DNA of 41,886 bases, from positions 1 to 41,886 of the forward strand of contig KZ538910.1 in the NCBI GenBank assembly GCA_000934665.2. The letters are read 5' to 3'. Made by a program: the position numbers and the translations under genes. Positions 13,000 to 27,069 of the stretch are shown here, one piece after another (within the stretch, counting starts at the first letter, position 1; every line of letters starts with the position of its first letter). Source of the DNA: Catajapyx aquilonaris (Eukaryota). The notes below the pieces were generated by a model. That model saw nothing but the letters and a program-made list of their open reading frames with translations, was not told the DNA's origin and searched no databases.

Positions 13000-14200
13000 G
13001 CTGCACAATATAGCCATGGGAGAGCTAGTGACTGAACAATCGTCATGGGAGAGTACGACTGCTGAGATTGTGCACATCGTTTCCATCTATCCATTCCCGT
13101 TACTTCAATAGTTTCACTTGACACCTTTGCAACCCCATGTTATTACATATCTCCCTTTTTGCACATCACAGCATCGCCACACGCTCATTCAGCAGCCTGG
13201 GAACACACATTCCACTTCTCTCGTAATACTCATTAATGCTCATCCGCAACCATACCAATGATAACATGACCCTATCCATCCTCCCACACACGGCAACTAA
13301 CACCTCAACCGTATGTATATTTTTGCCATGCATTTCCCTCCAAGCAGCAGACAACAATGCCGAGCGCTCCACCATCGGTTTTGCCATCGGCTCAGGAAGG
13401 GATTGAACATTATACCCTTATCGGGAGTAAATTTGCAGACACGCAAGCCTCTCGGTGATGGCAGCTAGGGAATCGAACCAGACCTAAAAATAATCCGGGG
13501 CCTGCTCCCCATAACAATCCCCGGATTGCCTTTCATCAGCACTCGGTGATGCAAGCCCGCGCAGGGTAGACAGACGTTAGTAGACTTGTGCTAGCGCCCA
13601 TATAATATGCGTAGTATATCCCACCCTAGCTGTACATATGTGCGCCCGGGAAAGAGCCTTTAGCACTGCAGCCATCAGTTTGCCATTTGACTTCGTGCAG
13701 CTTTAATTGCGGCCTTTATTGCGCGGTTCATCTCCCGCCTGCTGACGGATGGCTGGATGGATGACGGGGAACTGATTGCTGTTTGGTCACAGAACCCGCG
13801 GCATTGGCAAAATGAGGATTCCCGACCAATGTTACACGCACAAGGCTCATTCCGTTCTAAATAATGAGTGAAAAGAGGCGGGGGGCGGAAAAACCAGATG
13901 ATTGTGACCGATGCCTTTTCATACAAAAATTCTGAAGGTGAGCATTCAAAGAGCTTCAGAAATCCATGCCAAATGCCTCCAGATAATGACGAACTGCGTT
14001 GACCATATTTCACAGCGGATATTCTTTATTTTGCATATCCTATGGTGATGGTATAGTAGCAGTCAACGGCGTAATTAGCGACCCCAATAACATTCGGCCG
14101 AAATACTCCCAAATTAATGGCAGTCAGCAATTTATGAACCGATGCGTTAGACATAAGCCTCCAAGCACGGGCGTCTGGAGGATTCGAATCAGACCTGTTC
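13000..14200 (-). mobile_element. Decayed L1/Tx1-like ORF2 fragment (YADD region to thumb)
   Basis: IGYAK* (~YADD, ~14040), YEKAS (~YExASG), FLG at ~13490, then AAWR...MLSLVW...VP, in colinear order. Confidence 0.45.
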
Positions 14201-14569
14201 ATATAAAAGCTTAGAATCCATCATTGAGTCCAGGCCGCTGGCTGCACTCCCTCTCCTCCCTCATATACCCCTCCCCTCCCCACTTCATATCTCTAGCAAA
14301 CAGCTGAAGCAGCAAACTCTTATCCCGGCAGAAGAACGGGCCAAAGCTGCCCATTCAGGCGGCAGAAATGGCACCGCCATAAGCCTGTCTACAGAATATT
14401 AAGAGCAGGCAAGCACATCAACATCAATGGATATGCCCTGTAGACTTTCCGAGAACGAAGCCTATACTAGCCTTCCTTCTTTTTATATACACATACACTT
14501 TTTTATTTCCTTCTCTTCTTCTTCTGCTTTTCCTTTTCTTTTGGTGGGTTGCGCGCAAGCAAAGGAGAC

Positions 14570-14850
14570 GCAACCGCGCCGCCGGAATCACCTGGATGAT
14601 TGCCCGAGGCGGTAACGAGCAGATCGGAAGGAAATTGGAGCTTTCCTGCTGTGTGATCGAGGACAAGAGCAGGTAGCCAATCCGGGTGCAGCCATTCGCT
14701 TGTGACAAATTCAGGCCCAGGACCTTTTGCTATATCCAACCGGTTCGTTTCCAGCCAGAATTGCAAAACCCATACCACCGTGGAACACTCGGCTAACCGC
14801 GAGGACAGCCCCAGAAGGCATCCCCACTGTCTATATTTTTATGCAGCTTT
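14570..14850 (-). mobile_element. Decayed L1/Tx1-like ORF2 3' end
   Basis: DAFWGCP (~HxFWxCP knuckle end) followed by a hydrophobic IGY...NFL segment. Confidence 0.4.
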
Positions 14851-14920
14851 GGTGCTTCAAAACCCATTGTATAGCAGCAGTCTTTCCTGAAAATAGGAGT
14901 TTCATGCAAATGGCTACACA

Positions 14921-15228
14921 CATTTACTTCATGGCTTTTCCCATAATAGCCATAACACAGAGTGTTCCAAATTCGTGGGTCGTTTTTATCAGTGATATCG
15001 CCCGATTGTAGCTATTTTTTGTAGCTTGTTGTGCCCTAACCAGGTACCCTATTCTATATCAACTGCTATATTCGACCCTCTGTAGGAGTAATGGGGAACA
15101 TGGATCGGGGCACAAACTACACATAAATAACAACTATCGGGCGATATCAGTTCCCTTATAAAAAACAGCCCACCAATTTGGAACACCCTGCATAATATGG
15201 CTATTGGGGAAAAGCCGTGAAGTAAATG
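14921..15228. repeat. Long imperfect palindrome (MITE-like) containing CAG(A/G)GTGTTCCAAAT inverted motifs
   Basis: 14921-~15040 aligns to the reverse complement of ~15100-15228 (shared blocks catttacttca, gtgttccaaatt, tgatatcgcccgat, ttgtgccc). Confidence 0.85.
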
Positions 15229-15499
15229 TATGAATGTACATTGTACAGTATGAATTATGGCTAAAATATAGCCACACTGATGTATAAACATGTCCCAATG
15301 CCCTTATGATATCTTTGGGACATTTTTCTGCAGGATGTGGCTATACACTTTCGCTACATTTACTTCATGGCATTTTCCATATTATGGGTATAGCTATATC
15401 GATGACACACAGCCATCTCATACGACCGGTACATATGAATCCTCTGGTGATTGGTCAAATGCACGCAGAGGTATACTCACATTCGTTTTTTCCCCAGCT

Positions 15500-16150
15500 T
15501 TAAAATCCGGGTAAGCGCAGAAATAAGAGCTTTCCATCGAGCTTCCATTTTCCTTTTGCCAGCATGAATTAAGTCCCACGAGAAGAGGGATATCTATCCA
15601 TCCATTCATCCATCCATCCATCCATCCACCCCCTCTAGCAGCCCTGCTGGATCCACTCGGTGACAGCAAAATTCCCTCCAATCCGGGCCCCAAAACCCCA
15701 GGAGATGCTCCGGTGCCGCTCTCGCGTCAATCCAGACCCAGATTAGCCCTTCATTATTAATTGGCTGCTGCAGGAGAGAGCCGGCGAGAGACGATGAGCT
15801 GAGCCCTATATACGGTTACGGCGTCCGTGGAAATGTACGTGAAGTGGAGCCCGCTCTAATGTGATCACGACTGCCGATTTTTACCCCCCTCTCCTACCCC
15901 CCAAACCAGCCCACGTCCATGTTACAAGATCTCGTTTCGCTTCCTAATTCGAGCCATGAATTTTTTACCCGATTACGGGTAACAATGTCAGAAAGCGCTG
16001 CTACGCCGCAATGTAGGCAGGAAAGGGATTGAAGGAGATCCCGCATTTTAATGTGGGGATTTCAGCCAGGTTCCCCAATTACACATCCTTAATCTTGCTA
16101 AGAGCATTTGTTGCACGGTTCTGAGCGGCTCTGGATCCTGCTCGTGCTAT
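15500..16150 (-). mobile_element. Decayed L1/Tx1-like RT N-terminal fragment
   Basis: LTLLPVIG*K (~ITLLPKxGK), CNMD (~LNxD), IDARAA..SISWGF (~LDxEKAFDSISWxF). Confidence 0.45.
15593..15628 (+). repeat. (TCCA)n microsatellite
   Basis: About 9 imperfect units. Confidence 0.9.
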
Positions 16151-16399
16151 ATACCGCCAAAGAATCTACACGTTACGTTGGTAGCAATTCATGAGGAGAG
16201 TATATACTATATAAGTTGTGGATGACACGTTGTGCTGTCCTTGAGCCGCAGTCACTTAAACAGAAGGTCTGCAACATTAGCATGGAAATGAGGTGCGACT
16301 TGTTAGTGAATTGTCACCTCCCACATCGCGTGCTTTATGCGCTAATGATCCGGCATGTATACAACAACAATAACACCAGTGAAAAGGAATGGTTTGAAA

Positions 16400-17800
16400 A
16401 AAACACCCCCATTATGTGGTGTGGGTGCCGACCGTGAAGCCAACACTGGCTGAAGTGGTGAAGTGAAACAAACGTTTTTTGTTCTCCGGAACCAACACTT
16501 AGTGAGCGACGCTTCTGCACTACACCCATTGCATGTCGCCACGACTCAAATTGTTTGTGGAGACGGGACGACAAAGGACGGAAACGTCATCTCATTTGAC
16601 CGCCCGCCCCCTCCTCCTGTCTGCTGCTACTCCCCATGTTCCTACACTTTTGCCAGGATCCTGCTTCCTCGACACGACAGGACAATGGGGGCGGCATCGG
16701 TAATTAGGCCCCACAGTTTGCTCCATCAAGTCATCCGCCAGTTCAATTAACTCGCCCTCATAAATAGTCGGTGCTGAAAGTGTTCTGATGTCAAACCTCT
16801 TTACAAGCCTTGTGGGTGCAAGAACCCCCATGTTACAAGGGACCCCGAGTGGCAGGTGGCATTATAACAACAAAATTGCTCCTGGCATATTCCGGCCAGT
16901 CACTTCCAGCAATGGCTACATAGGGCTATATCAATTGCTTTTTCCAACTGGTTGCTGACGTTGTCAACATTCTACAACTTCTTCACATCTTGATCTTTGT
17001 ATTTCTGGAGAAGATTTTGTAGACCAAGAAGTTATGGTCCTCTATTCAGCTTGGTCACATATTCCAGGCAGAAACAAAATCCACAATATATACACTCCTT
17101 ATCCCTCCCTCTCCCTGGACATGAAAGCTATCCTCCGCCCCTCCAAACACGGATCCCCCATCAGGTTCCATCATCATCGGCCCTCCCCAGCCTCCACTCC
17201 CCGAGAGGGAGAGGAATGGAGGCTGATGCTACATCACACGGGGATCTTGGTGGCTGCCTGCCTCCCTGCGGGGTCCTCCCAATCCCCTATCACTGCCTGA
17301 TGATGAATCCCCTTGTCATCATCCCCACCAAAAAGAGATCTCTCCCCTCCCCCCGCTCCCTCCCTCCCTTTCACAAGCCCAGACCAATTAAGAAAAGGTC
17401 CCGCCATGAACAAAAACCCTCGCCCCCCCGACGAATATCATTATGAAGAATATGCAGAAAATTAATAAGCGACGGCAGGGAGGGGGGGAAAAAAATATGG
17501 GCGGTATAAGGGGAGCATCACGGATGGCTGGGTCCGTCTGCTGTAATCCCATCAAGACTTGCAACTGCATCTCGGGGTCCCCTCCAGGCAAGCCAGGCCT
17601 CCATATAAGCGAAACAAAAGACGCTGGAGAGAGCTGGCGGCTATGGCGGCAAACGTTTGACGCCAGCCTCACGTCACTCCTCCCTCCCACTTTTCCAGCA
17701 GGGGGTTTATCCCCCCTCCCATCCCTCTTTTTGCCAATGACTGCTCTCCGACAGCTCCTCCCGGATGGTGCTGCCCCTCTCCGGGTCGCTCCAAATCGCG
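16400..17800 (-). mobile_element. Decayed L1/Tx1-like ORF2 fragment (RT4 to thumb)
   Basis: RQLSPASFV..MEA (~QGCPLSPLLF..ME), LLGL (~KxLG), CWK, VLAPTRLVKRFD..IYEG (~P..IK.I..FIWxG). Confidence 0.45.
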
Positions 17801-18949
17801 CTTCTGCCAATGGCCGCCAGGTGATTTTTTTATAAATNCCCCCCCCAAACTCTCGCACCTCGGGTCAGTCCGAGAGGCGAATGCATCCCACGCAAACAGA
17901 ATGTCCAGTTCGCAGTTGCCAAAGGGACTGCCCTCAATCTATCAGTGCAATGAACGCACTATCTATCGGGGTGTCTATCCATACAAATACTAAACGTCAC
18001 AGGAATGTGCCAATGAAATAGTAATAATATAATAATGAGTGAGCACAGTTGCCAAAATGTATCTAGCTACTGTGGCGTTGCTATTGTAGTCAATATCCGG
18101 CTCATAATTGTGCGAGAGAAAACAACAACTCCGCAAAAAAAAAAGTAATCCCCATTTAGGTGTCACTGCCTCCATTTTCTCACCATCAGGGTGCCCTCGG
18201 CTTTGTTTTAATGTGGACGTGAAAATAATTACAGGTTACACAGCAAGCAATGGCAACAGGACTCGCTCCAAAAAAACAACAAAATTAATGCCACATTTCG
18301 GTATTATCTGTCAAAACACTCCCAATAACAGTGCAGTTTAATCAACATTTTTTTTCTCCGCGGCCATCACAGATCACAGTGCATAATTGACCACAGCTGC
18401 TCGCTTTGCCAATATGGGCGCCATCATGCTCAAATGACCGATACTAACCATACTCTGACTCTCTTTTGGTTTCGTACGCAATATTACCTCCCCCGTCAAT
18501 TTTCACAACATCCATGTTATTAATACCTAACGCTAATATTTTTCACACCTGATACCCGCGTTAGAAGCAACATCGCACCGAATTTTTAATCGCAATTTTA
18601 TTATTTTTTTTAAAACTCCGTATACGCAACAGTAGCAGTGTCAGATTCCACCTCCATCACTTTCAACGTCAGCCTGTCACCGTTCCCTAATAAACCCGTC
18701 CATGGCAAGAATACCCACACACAAAAAAACGGGTGGTACAGAAGCCGCTGTCATCTTGAACAATGCTCAAGTATCCAGCGCGCTAGACGCAAAATGTTGA
18801 CAAACTCCTATGCAAAAAGGAGGAGGTGACCTGGTGGCAAGAGGCTGATGGCCCCGCCACGTGATGACAATATTTATTAGCGGGGAGCGAACCGACTTCA
18901 AAACCTCAAGGGTAATAAAATGAAAGTAACAAGGAAGTTCCATTAAAGA

Positions 18950-19870
18950 TCTTCCTCTGGGCGGCTGCTCAGGAGGGGCTTCTTTTATAGCGAAAATAAT
19001 AAGGCCCCCGTCCGCCTAACGACGAAGAAGGCATCCTTGATGATCGGAGACACGAGAGAAAACCCCCAAGTGATGCGACTTCCTGTTGTTCCCTGGCCCC
19101 CGTCTTCACTCCTCCACTTACGGCCCTGATAATTGAGAGTTAATGGGTTTACTCTGGGCCCACCCAAGGCGAACAAGACCACCGTCAGCCCACAACTATA
19201 TAGAAGAACCATTTTTTGGGGGGCACGACAACGTCACGCCAACTCTAGTTTTTTTTTTAAAAAATGACTCGCTATGCTCGGCGGGTGGGGGTTCGCCCAC
19301 TTCGCACCTTCAAAGAATGATCAGAAGACATGACTTATAATCTCTCAGACTCACCAGTAATCCTTCTTCCGGAGAGATGCGCCCGTATGTCCACCCTTCT
19401 GCCTAGCAAATAACTGGACCAAACCCCCTGCTACTGTTTAAGGCAGCAGCTTTGGGTGGACCACCTGGATTCAAACCCCCCTTCTCCTCTATCCTAGTCT
19501 TTTGACCAATGTTGCTAACCATTGTGCGATCCCTTCCACACATATTCTATGCCGCATTCATCCTCTTGTCCTAGACTTGTTTGCTGCCTCAAATATTTTC
19601 CAGCCTTCATATTCGGGCTTCGATTATTTCCCATTACTTCTGCTTCGCTTTTTCTCTAAGCAGGGGGTTCTTTCCTCTGTCATGACCATGGCGGTATATG
19701 GATCCTCCACTTGTACCAGGAAAAAAAAAGAGCTGCTTTTTTTACGGACCGTTGAATCGAAGGTACGCCCAGAGGTTCGGATGGTAACTGAACCCGAAGG
19801 TTCACAGTCGTGGAAAGTACATTTCCTACCAATGCGGAATCGAAACTGGCCCTCAAGTGCAATTCTATTC
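18950..19870 (-). mobile_element. Decayed L1/Tx1-like ORF2 fragment (thumb and downstream)
   Basis: TSGR..KKS, then VWKG followed ~20 codons later by EKGGLN..KAAAL (~FxWxG..KxxGGL..KxxAL), then NPL..IIKD. Confidence 0.5.
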
Positions 19871-22599
19871 ATTCTTTTTTCTAAAAAAAAGAACCTCCCT
19901 AGATTTTTTTTTTCTTCTCTTCTCCCCTCATTCCTTTATCTTCCATCTGTTTGTCCGCGGTCCAATGCCAGAAACTGAGATTTTCAACGCAAGAAGCGCC
20001 GCTTATTTTTCCACGCTCCTTTCTTTTCATTCCCTTTCCTGTCTTTTCTCCATTTCCTTTTCTATCCTTTGCATTCGGACCATTTGCTCCTGCCACTCTG
20101 AAGCACCGAAGGTATACCCCGGGGCCACTTGTCTATACGCGGCATGCCATTTCATCTCCAAAGATGAAAAAAAAAAAAACTAGATCCCCCAACGTTTTGA
20201 TGCCAGAAGCTTAACGTAACACGTGACGTTACAGGTGACTTTTTTTAAAAAATTTTTAAAAAAACCTGACCCATCTCCAAACTAATTAGTGCCCGTTACC
20301 TCTCTTTATTGTCGCAGATCCACGAACCGGCTGTTAAATTAATGCAAACTGTTCCGGATCTTTCCGTTACCTTTCCAGTCTCCAGGTTATAAATCTGGAG
20401 AAGCTGCGTAACAACAAAGTATGCTTTATCACCTAAGTGCCACCTCGCTCCGAACTTTATTGCCCTCTGGCAGCCTCTAACGTGAACTACTGCCTCTTAC
20501 GAAAAACACTTAACAGCCTATTAATTCGGCTGCTTCTTGAAAACTGGATCCATTTACTGGCAGCTCCTGGGCTGCTGTATACAGTAGCAGTAAATCAGCA
20601 GTACACACATAAGGTATGATATGACAATGACTCATTACCTGATGAAAAAAATCCTTTTTAACTATTTTTTTAAAAAAATAGATGAAACAATATATGCAAG
20701 GTGTTTCCCGGTTTGTAAGTCAAGCAGAAAGATTGCATGATAAGTCGTTTCTTTACGCGTCCTGTATAATGAGGATAACGAAGGTAGAAATCCAATGAGA
20801 CACCTTATATAGGAAAAACCAGTCCACAGCTTGGGGGAATTAATAGGTGCTGGATAACAAATCCAGTGTGACAATTCGCACTCTTTTTCGTGTGAGGTCG
20901 ACCGTTGCAAATTGCCTGAAATCCGTGGGAAAATTGGAGTCAAGAATTCCGCTAAGATAAATCAGGTATGCGACTACAATAAATTATATTGACACATTGT
21001 CCTTAGCGCCTTCACATACCGTGAGTCGCAACAATGCCCTAAAAATAATTTGTCACGACAGGAAACTGTAAGGGTGTTCATCCGTACCAGGACACTTCCT
21101 GCATCTCTAATAAACTCGTACATGTGTAAGGGCAAGGATTCAATGAATTGTTGGTACTTCTGTATACCATGTGGAGAGGATTGAAAAGGTGCAATTTATG
21201 TCACTTTTTCAGAGAGCAGACTTCACCTGTGACAATCCACATTACAGTATAGTCTATAGGCCTTTTATTTATCAACATAGATATGAATATGAATCCACCA
21301 CTAAATATACGGCTGTCTTATTGTGACAAATGTGGTTCCAATATTCAGATTTATGTGCACATGCCCTATAATTTACAAAAATAAATAATACATAGCTCCG
21401 GCAGTTTGGAAAGATTTTCAAAATTATGCGATCTACTCAGGCAGTAAACGTGTCATTTAATGCATATTAGCCGCCACACTTGCTAGCGATTACATTGCGC
21501 GTAAGCTATACTTTATTTCGCTTTATTTACTGTATTTATGAGGTAGGGATATATGCCTGTACGATTTAATTCAGAATGAGAAACTATGAAAACATTTTCT
21601 AGATACGTGGTATCGGATTAGGTGTATGATGTTGTTTGTGTAAATGCAGAAACAATATGCATGTTTGGTTTTATACACATTAAAAGCCAGCATTCAGCAC
21701 TTTTCCCCGTCAGCATGCGCAAAATATATTGGGCTTCAGATGCGAAAAATCGAGCGGGGGAAACACGTTCAGGCACTATTGCTTGTGGTTACAACAACCT
21801 TTATGGATGATTTCCGTTTACATTCAGGAAAACTTCCCGCTTCAGAAAAATATAATCTAAGCAGAATAGTAACCTTCATGTGTAAACGACTGCAAAAAAA
21901 AAAGCTGCTTTAACTTTTTCGCCACGCAATCCTACTTTTTATTATCCATGCAGTACGCACAATGGATACGTCACATTTACTCAGCATCGAAACAATCTCG
22001 CCACATTTTCCGCCTCGGAACATCCTGCCCGACCTTCCGTTATTCGCCGACAAAGAATTCGTAGGAAAATTTAAAGAATGCCCTCGAACCCCTCAATTTC
22101 CACTCAGATAGTCACATGAAAACAAAACTGATGGAAGCTGACATCTTACAGCCAAGGAAAAACACCTCGCCTGCACACATAGGCCTTTGTTCCCTTCCAA
22201 ACAATGTCAGCAGCAGTTGGTGTCCATCTGTTACTGTTCCTGTAAAACCGTGGCCAATGTGTTGCGTAAAATCCCGCCAACAGTGTATGCCTTCATGCTT
22301 CATTTATCACTGATTTCCAATGACTTATGTGCATAAGGCCCATTGAACCACGTGTACGGCAAATAAACTTCAACAATTAATCTGCTTCCCAATACTACCT
22401 TCCATAGCATTTTCACGTGTGTGAATACGCTGTGAACAATAAGCTGCGAGCAAAAGGTAAATATATTTACCCTTCTCCCTATTTTATGATTCAATTCCTC
22501 ACACAAAGCAGCCACGAGGGACAAAATCATAATAGGCCACATTGAAGTAGCTGCAGCACATTTTGTTAAAGGCACTTGTAACGGTGCTATTATTATTAT

Positions 22600-24510
22600 C
22601 CCCAATCACAGCTAAGCATGTAGCTCCATCTTCAACCACCTCTGAAAGAAATCACAAAAGGTAAGAAAAATCCTGCGGGGTTTGAGCAGCTGCTCAAAAC
22701 CAGCATATTCAATACCATCTTCCTCTCCAATCCATCGCTCCTTCTATTCTCTAGGAACAAAGGAGACATTTAATAGGGCACTTCCACAATGTGCTCTGAG
22801 TGAGGCAATTAAAGCCTCTCAACACATGAAGGGGCAGCACCAGGTTAATGCAGATGGGGTTCTCTTCAAGAATACTGCACCATTGTCTATCATGGTGGGC
22901 CAGCATTTCCTGCTCCTTCAATGGCATACCAAACACTCCATTGAACACCCGGTATTACGCCTGGACTGAAAACTTTATCGCTTGGCTTTTCAGTCCTCTC
23001 AAAAACCGACCCATTTTCAGGGCACAAGGAACAAAGCGCAAGACACCCTAAGCTACTAGGTTTGCACCACCTGAGAAAATGATTTTCCACTCCACCTTCT
23101 TATGCACACTTCCTTTCCAATCTGCATTACCATAGCAGCCACGTCAACTGTAAGGAAAGGCACCTCACCCCCTGCTTGATGTTTTCCAGCCGTCACCATT
23201 AGGCCTAAGTCCTCCATGCTCTTTTGATCACCAAGACTGATGGCAAGGGACAAAGGCACTGCTTGGCTTCTGATTAGCCTGGTTTGTAGAAGAAACGGGC
23301 TTCCAAAGAAGGTGTCTAAAGAATGAATTTGAAGTGTTCCAAGAAAGCGCTAAAAAGCACTTCAAGATGCTTGACAGTCACCGACTCAATAATGAATAAT
23401 TCTGAGAAAAATTTTACAGGCGGAAGGGCACTAGAAGGGCTTTGAACAGCCGAACATTCTTTACTACACGGTGCCTTCTCCAGTAATGAAGTTAATTGCC
23501 GGAAAAATACCCCATCCTCTGACATTAGTGATTGATACACCTACAATTCTGTGGCATTTTTAAGGCGCTGAAAAATGAAAAAGGTTAAATCCTGACTGCA
23601 ATCCTCAAATACATCTATGGCATCCAATCCCATTACCCTTTCCGTGCAATTACTATAAGGATGAAGGGGAATCACAAGAAGCCCCCAAAATTTGTGCTCT
23701 CGGCTCATTCCAGGGAAGAGACCGAAGCGGGCCTGGGGAAGAAGACCTCCTCTCCTTCCGTCCACCACAAAAGGACATCAAGAAAATTGCTTGTCTGCAA
23801 AAATCAATCCCCAGTCGTCTTAGACTACGACCACACCGTTGCCACTCGGCAGTAAAGTAACGCCAAAGGTGCATGCTGGCAGCTCTTTCTGTGTGAGAAG
23901 GAATCGATCGCTGCCCATCTCTGCTCACCCCATCTGCCAACATGGGAAGCTCAGCCACAAAGAACTTCCAACATGGAGGTTCTCTCTCTTTTTTTCCTCT
24001 CCTCCCTCTCTCTCTCTTTCCTGTCTTTGAATGCGCCCTCTCGTGTGTCCAGCAACTTGAAAAGAAGGCATTATCTGCCAGGGTGACTCCATTTTCCTCA
24101 TAGCTCTCCTTACTCGAGTTGGCCCTGCTTATTGTGCTTGACCCCAAAATGTGCTATAGCTTGTACAGGGGTATAAGTAGTGCAGTCATCCAGAGCCGTG
24201 CTCGGTTTCACAGAAATTGCTGAAAAAAGTTCCCCGCAGAAACTTGACAGGACCAATGAGGGTTAAAATATCCCATATAAAATGTCAGCAGGAGGCTTTG
24301 GAATACCTTGCGGTAAGGCATCCCTTGGGATCAAAATCAAAACCTAAAGGCCCTCACAGCAAAGATGGTACACAGATCACTTATTGTGAAAAGGAAATGA
24401 ACTGACAACAGCAGGCATCCCACCATGAGGAAATACGACACCCCAAGGTTTGAAAGGAAGTGAGCAGCATGCCACTCCGGTCGGAAAGCAATATTCCCTC
24501 CCAGTCCTAC
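22600..24510 (-). mobile_element. Longest decayed L1/Tx1-like ORF2 relic (RT3 to C-terminus)
   Basis: Frameshifted AF-DR-V (~24480), SQGMP (~RQGCP, ~24320), LPW..QILG (~23690), LLWK..KEHGGL (~23210-23310), CPFMC and LWKCP (knuckle, ~22780-22840), FFQRW (~22640). Confidence 0.6.
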
Positions 24511-27069
24511 TCAAACATGCTAGTCCAACTAAAATGTTACTGAAAGTGGAAAATTAACCCAAAATTAGTAACAGCCTTCACTGGAACAAATTTTAAAACT
24601 GAAAGAAAAAGCCATGTTCTAGCAGTCTCGCATCAAGAACAATTATTGCATTATTTTGATTAGTTCCTCAGTCTTCATTTATTTGAATGAGAGTGTTACT
24701 ATCATTGGATGCATATATTTTCTGGGTCATGTTCAGAAACATGTCACTCGTCTGCTATCCTCAGGTTCAGGATGGCATTAAGCCATTTCCAGGCAAGATA
24801 TGAAGGAATAAGTGGACTCATTTAAAAAATAATTCAGGAGCACTTGCGGTTATTCCCCACTATTCCTGGGCACAACATGGTAGCTGCACAAATGACAGCA
24901 TCAATATTTGAATATGACATTAAAAGTGCACTGTCATGACTTTAAAGCAAAAAATTAATGATACTGGCAAATAATTAAAGTGGCTACAAGAGTCCAGTGA
25001 TAAAATGTAGCATGGCCTCCACGTACTGTCAACACCATTTGGCTACAGTGGTTACCCTTGGGCATACTATTAATTCTCCCCTACTCCATGCTATACTATC
25101 CCCCTCCCTGGTCTAACGTTTCTTATCCCATACTATTCCTGGGATGGGAGTGTATCATCAAGCTTATTCACGTCCCAAAATGAAACCTTTTTGTACACCT
25201 GCCCATTCCCATGGCAATTAAAGCAGGCCTTGCTATTCCAAGTTTCTTGGTGTTTCTAAATGTAGCCCTTTAATTTTAATTATGAGGTTCTAGGTAAAAT
25301 AATAATATTCTCCAGACCAGTGTCCTCCCCACTGAAATAAGCCTGGTTACATACATATAAAATATGGACAAAATCTACTATGTCCAGGTATTCAAAATTG
25401 AGACTTTTCCTTAGAGTGAGTTGGTACAGCTTCGCCTAAATGATCCTAAGACCTGAGCTACTGTATCGTGACAGATAATTCATAATTATTCGGAAACGTT
25501 TATAGCTTTGATATTTCCAGGCTACAGAACTAAGACAAAAAAAAATGAACTAAATTACTTGATCTTTGCTCCAGTATCTCATTAATGTGCAACTATCCAG
25601 TAAGCATGAAAATTTCTACCTTAACAGGTTGTTAAAGTAAATATTTACTCTTGGCACTGCCCACATTACTGTGTGAGAAAAAAACAAGCATACATCACGA
25701 GTGCAGGGGCGTCAGCATAATGCCTTCTCAAAATAATATTGTTTTTGAACTCATTCCTTAATGGTTCCATTATAATTTCACATTAGCACACTTAATATGC
25801 CTTCAGTCCTGCAGTCGGTATGCATGATGGTCTCCCATTAGACTCAGGCCGACCTGGAAAGTACAACAAAATTAATGCGTGCCCAATAAATAACAAAGTA
25901 CCCTTGCCTAAGTTTCAAAACAAATTATATCATGCACGTGGAAAATATGTCTTTACATTTTTACAGGGATCTCTCACATGTGTGCGTGTATAAAATTCAC
26001 CCAGTACCACTCTTACAATGAACTATGAATCTAAGACCCTCACATATTTCTTAAATCATAAGGTATATTCTCATGGATGGAACTTTCAATGCCTTATAAC
26101 TTTGCAAGGAACTGTCCCAAGACTGGATTGATAACAAGTATCCATACAAATTAGCAAGCATATACACGTAAATTATGTTCTAAAACTTTATTTAGCCTAC
26201 GTAAATATCAAAATTTACCTATTTTTCTTGATATACAAATTACTAATAAGTCACTACACTTCAGTTGTAGAGCATGACCATGCAATATGAATGATGGCCA
26301 AACGCAGTACTTGCAACAAATTTCATGCTCCCATTTTGCAGAATTAATTCCAGTACATACTACAATGCCAGTGTCAACATCAAAACGTTAGAAGCATCCG
26401 TACACTGTGGTGTAGCACAATATCATTGCAGATTTATAATCACAGCCCATAATCTACAGTGCCTGCTATTTTTTGTAATTTTGCCCCAACAAAAGATATG
26501 AATTGGTTGTTTGCAATTTCCATTACCGGTCAACAATAAGTATGCAAGACTAAACCATCAATCATGTGTGCTCACGTTGAATCGAGTGTATGTACATGAC
26601 GATGCACAAGCAAAATAAATATGCCGCACATGTAAGCGACTAAATACACATCTATGTTGTGGGAGCCCCTGCATTTTTAACGCCCTGGCCCAAGAATGCC
26701 TCATTGATCACTCACCGCTACTGCATTAATGAAATATTTATCTGCACTGTGCTAACAATTGTTTCATCCGAAATTTTAGACCAGTCAAACGTTGCAGACT
26801 AAATGCATGTAACCCAATAGTTATTCAAAAAATGCCACTTTGCCAAGAAGCAGACAATGACGTTACCCTTGACTGACACATGTTATTATCATATACATTC
26901 CGCGACTATTCCAGTATGAAGTAACGGAACATGTATATCAAGGCCATGCATAAATAATACAATAAACAGCCAAATATTTATCGGTACACAGTGTCATTGC
27001 ACCTTCCACAAAAAAAAATCGGCCCCTGCACACTTCGCCTGACGTGTCATACTAATCGCTTTGACAGGA

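Noticed and set aside
13468..13485. Perfect B-box GGTTCGATTCC on the minus strand
   Set aside because: No A-box at a suitable distance; it coincides with the LG motif region of a LINE relic.
19467..19529. tRNA/SINE-like A-box (tcgcacaatgg) and B-box (ggtttgaatcc) on the minus strand
   Set aside because: No cloverleaf; the same bases are better explained by the LINE motifs VWKG...EKGGL.
21020..21038. 19-nt minus-strand microexon candidate (ttttag|GGCATTGTTGCGACTCACG|gtatgt)
   Set aside because: Not a multiple of 3, so it would break the frame between exons B and C; no other support.
22497..22642. Apparent terminal exon after tttctttcag (VVEDGATCLAVIGD...CFV*)
   Set aside because: No recognisable protein family; it lies at the 3' end of the 22.6-24.5 kb LINE relic.
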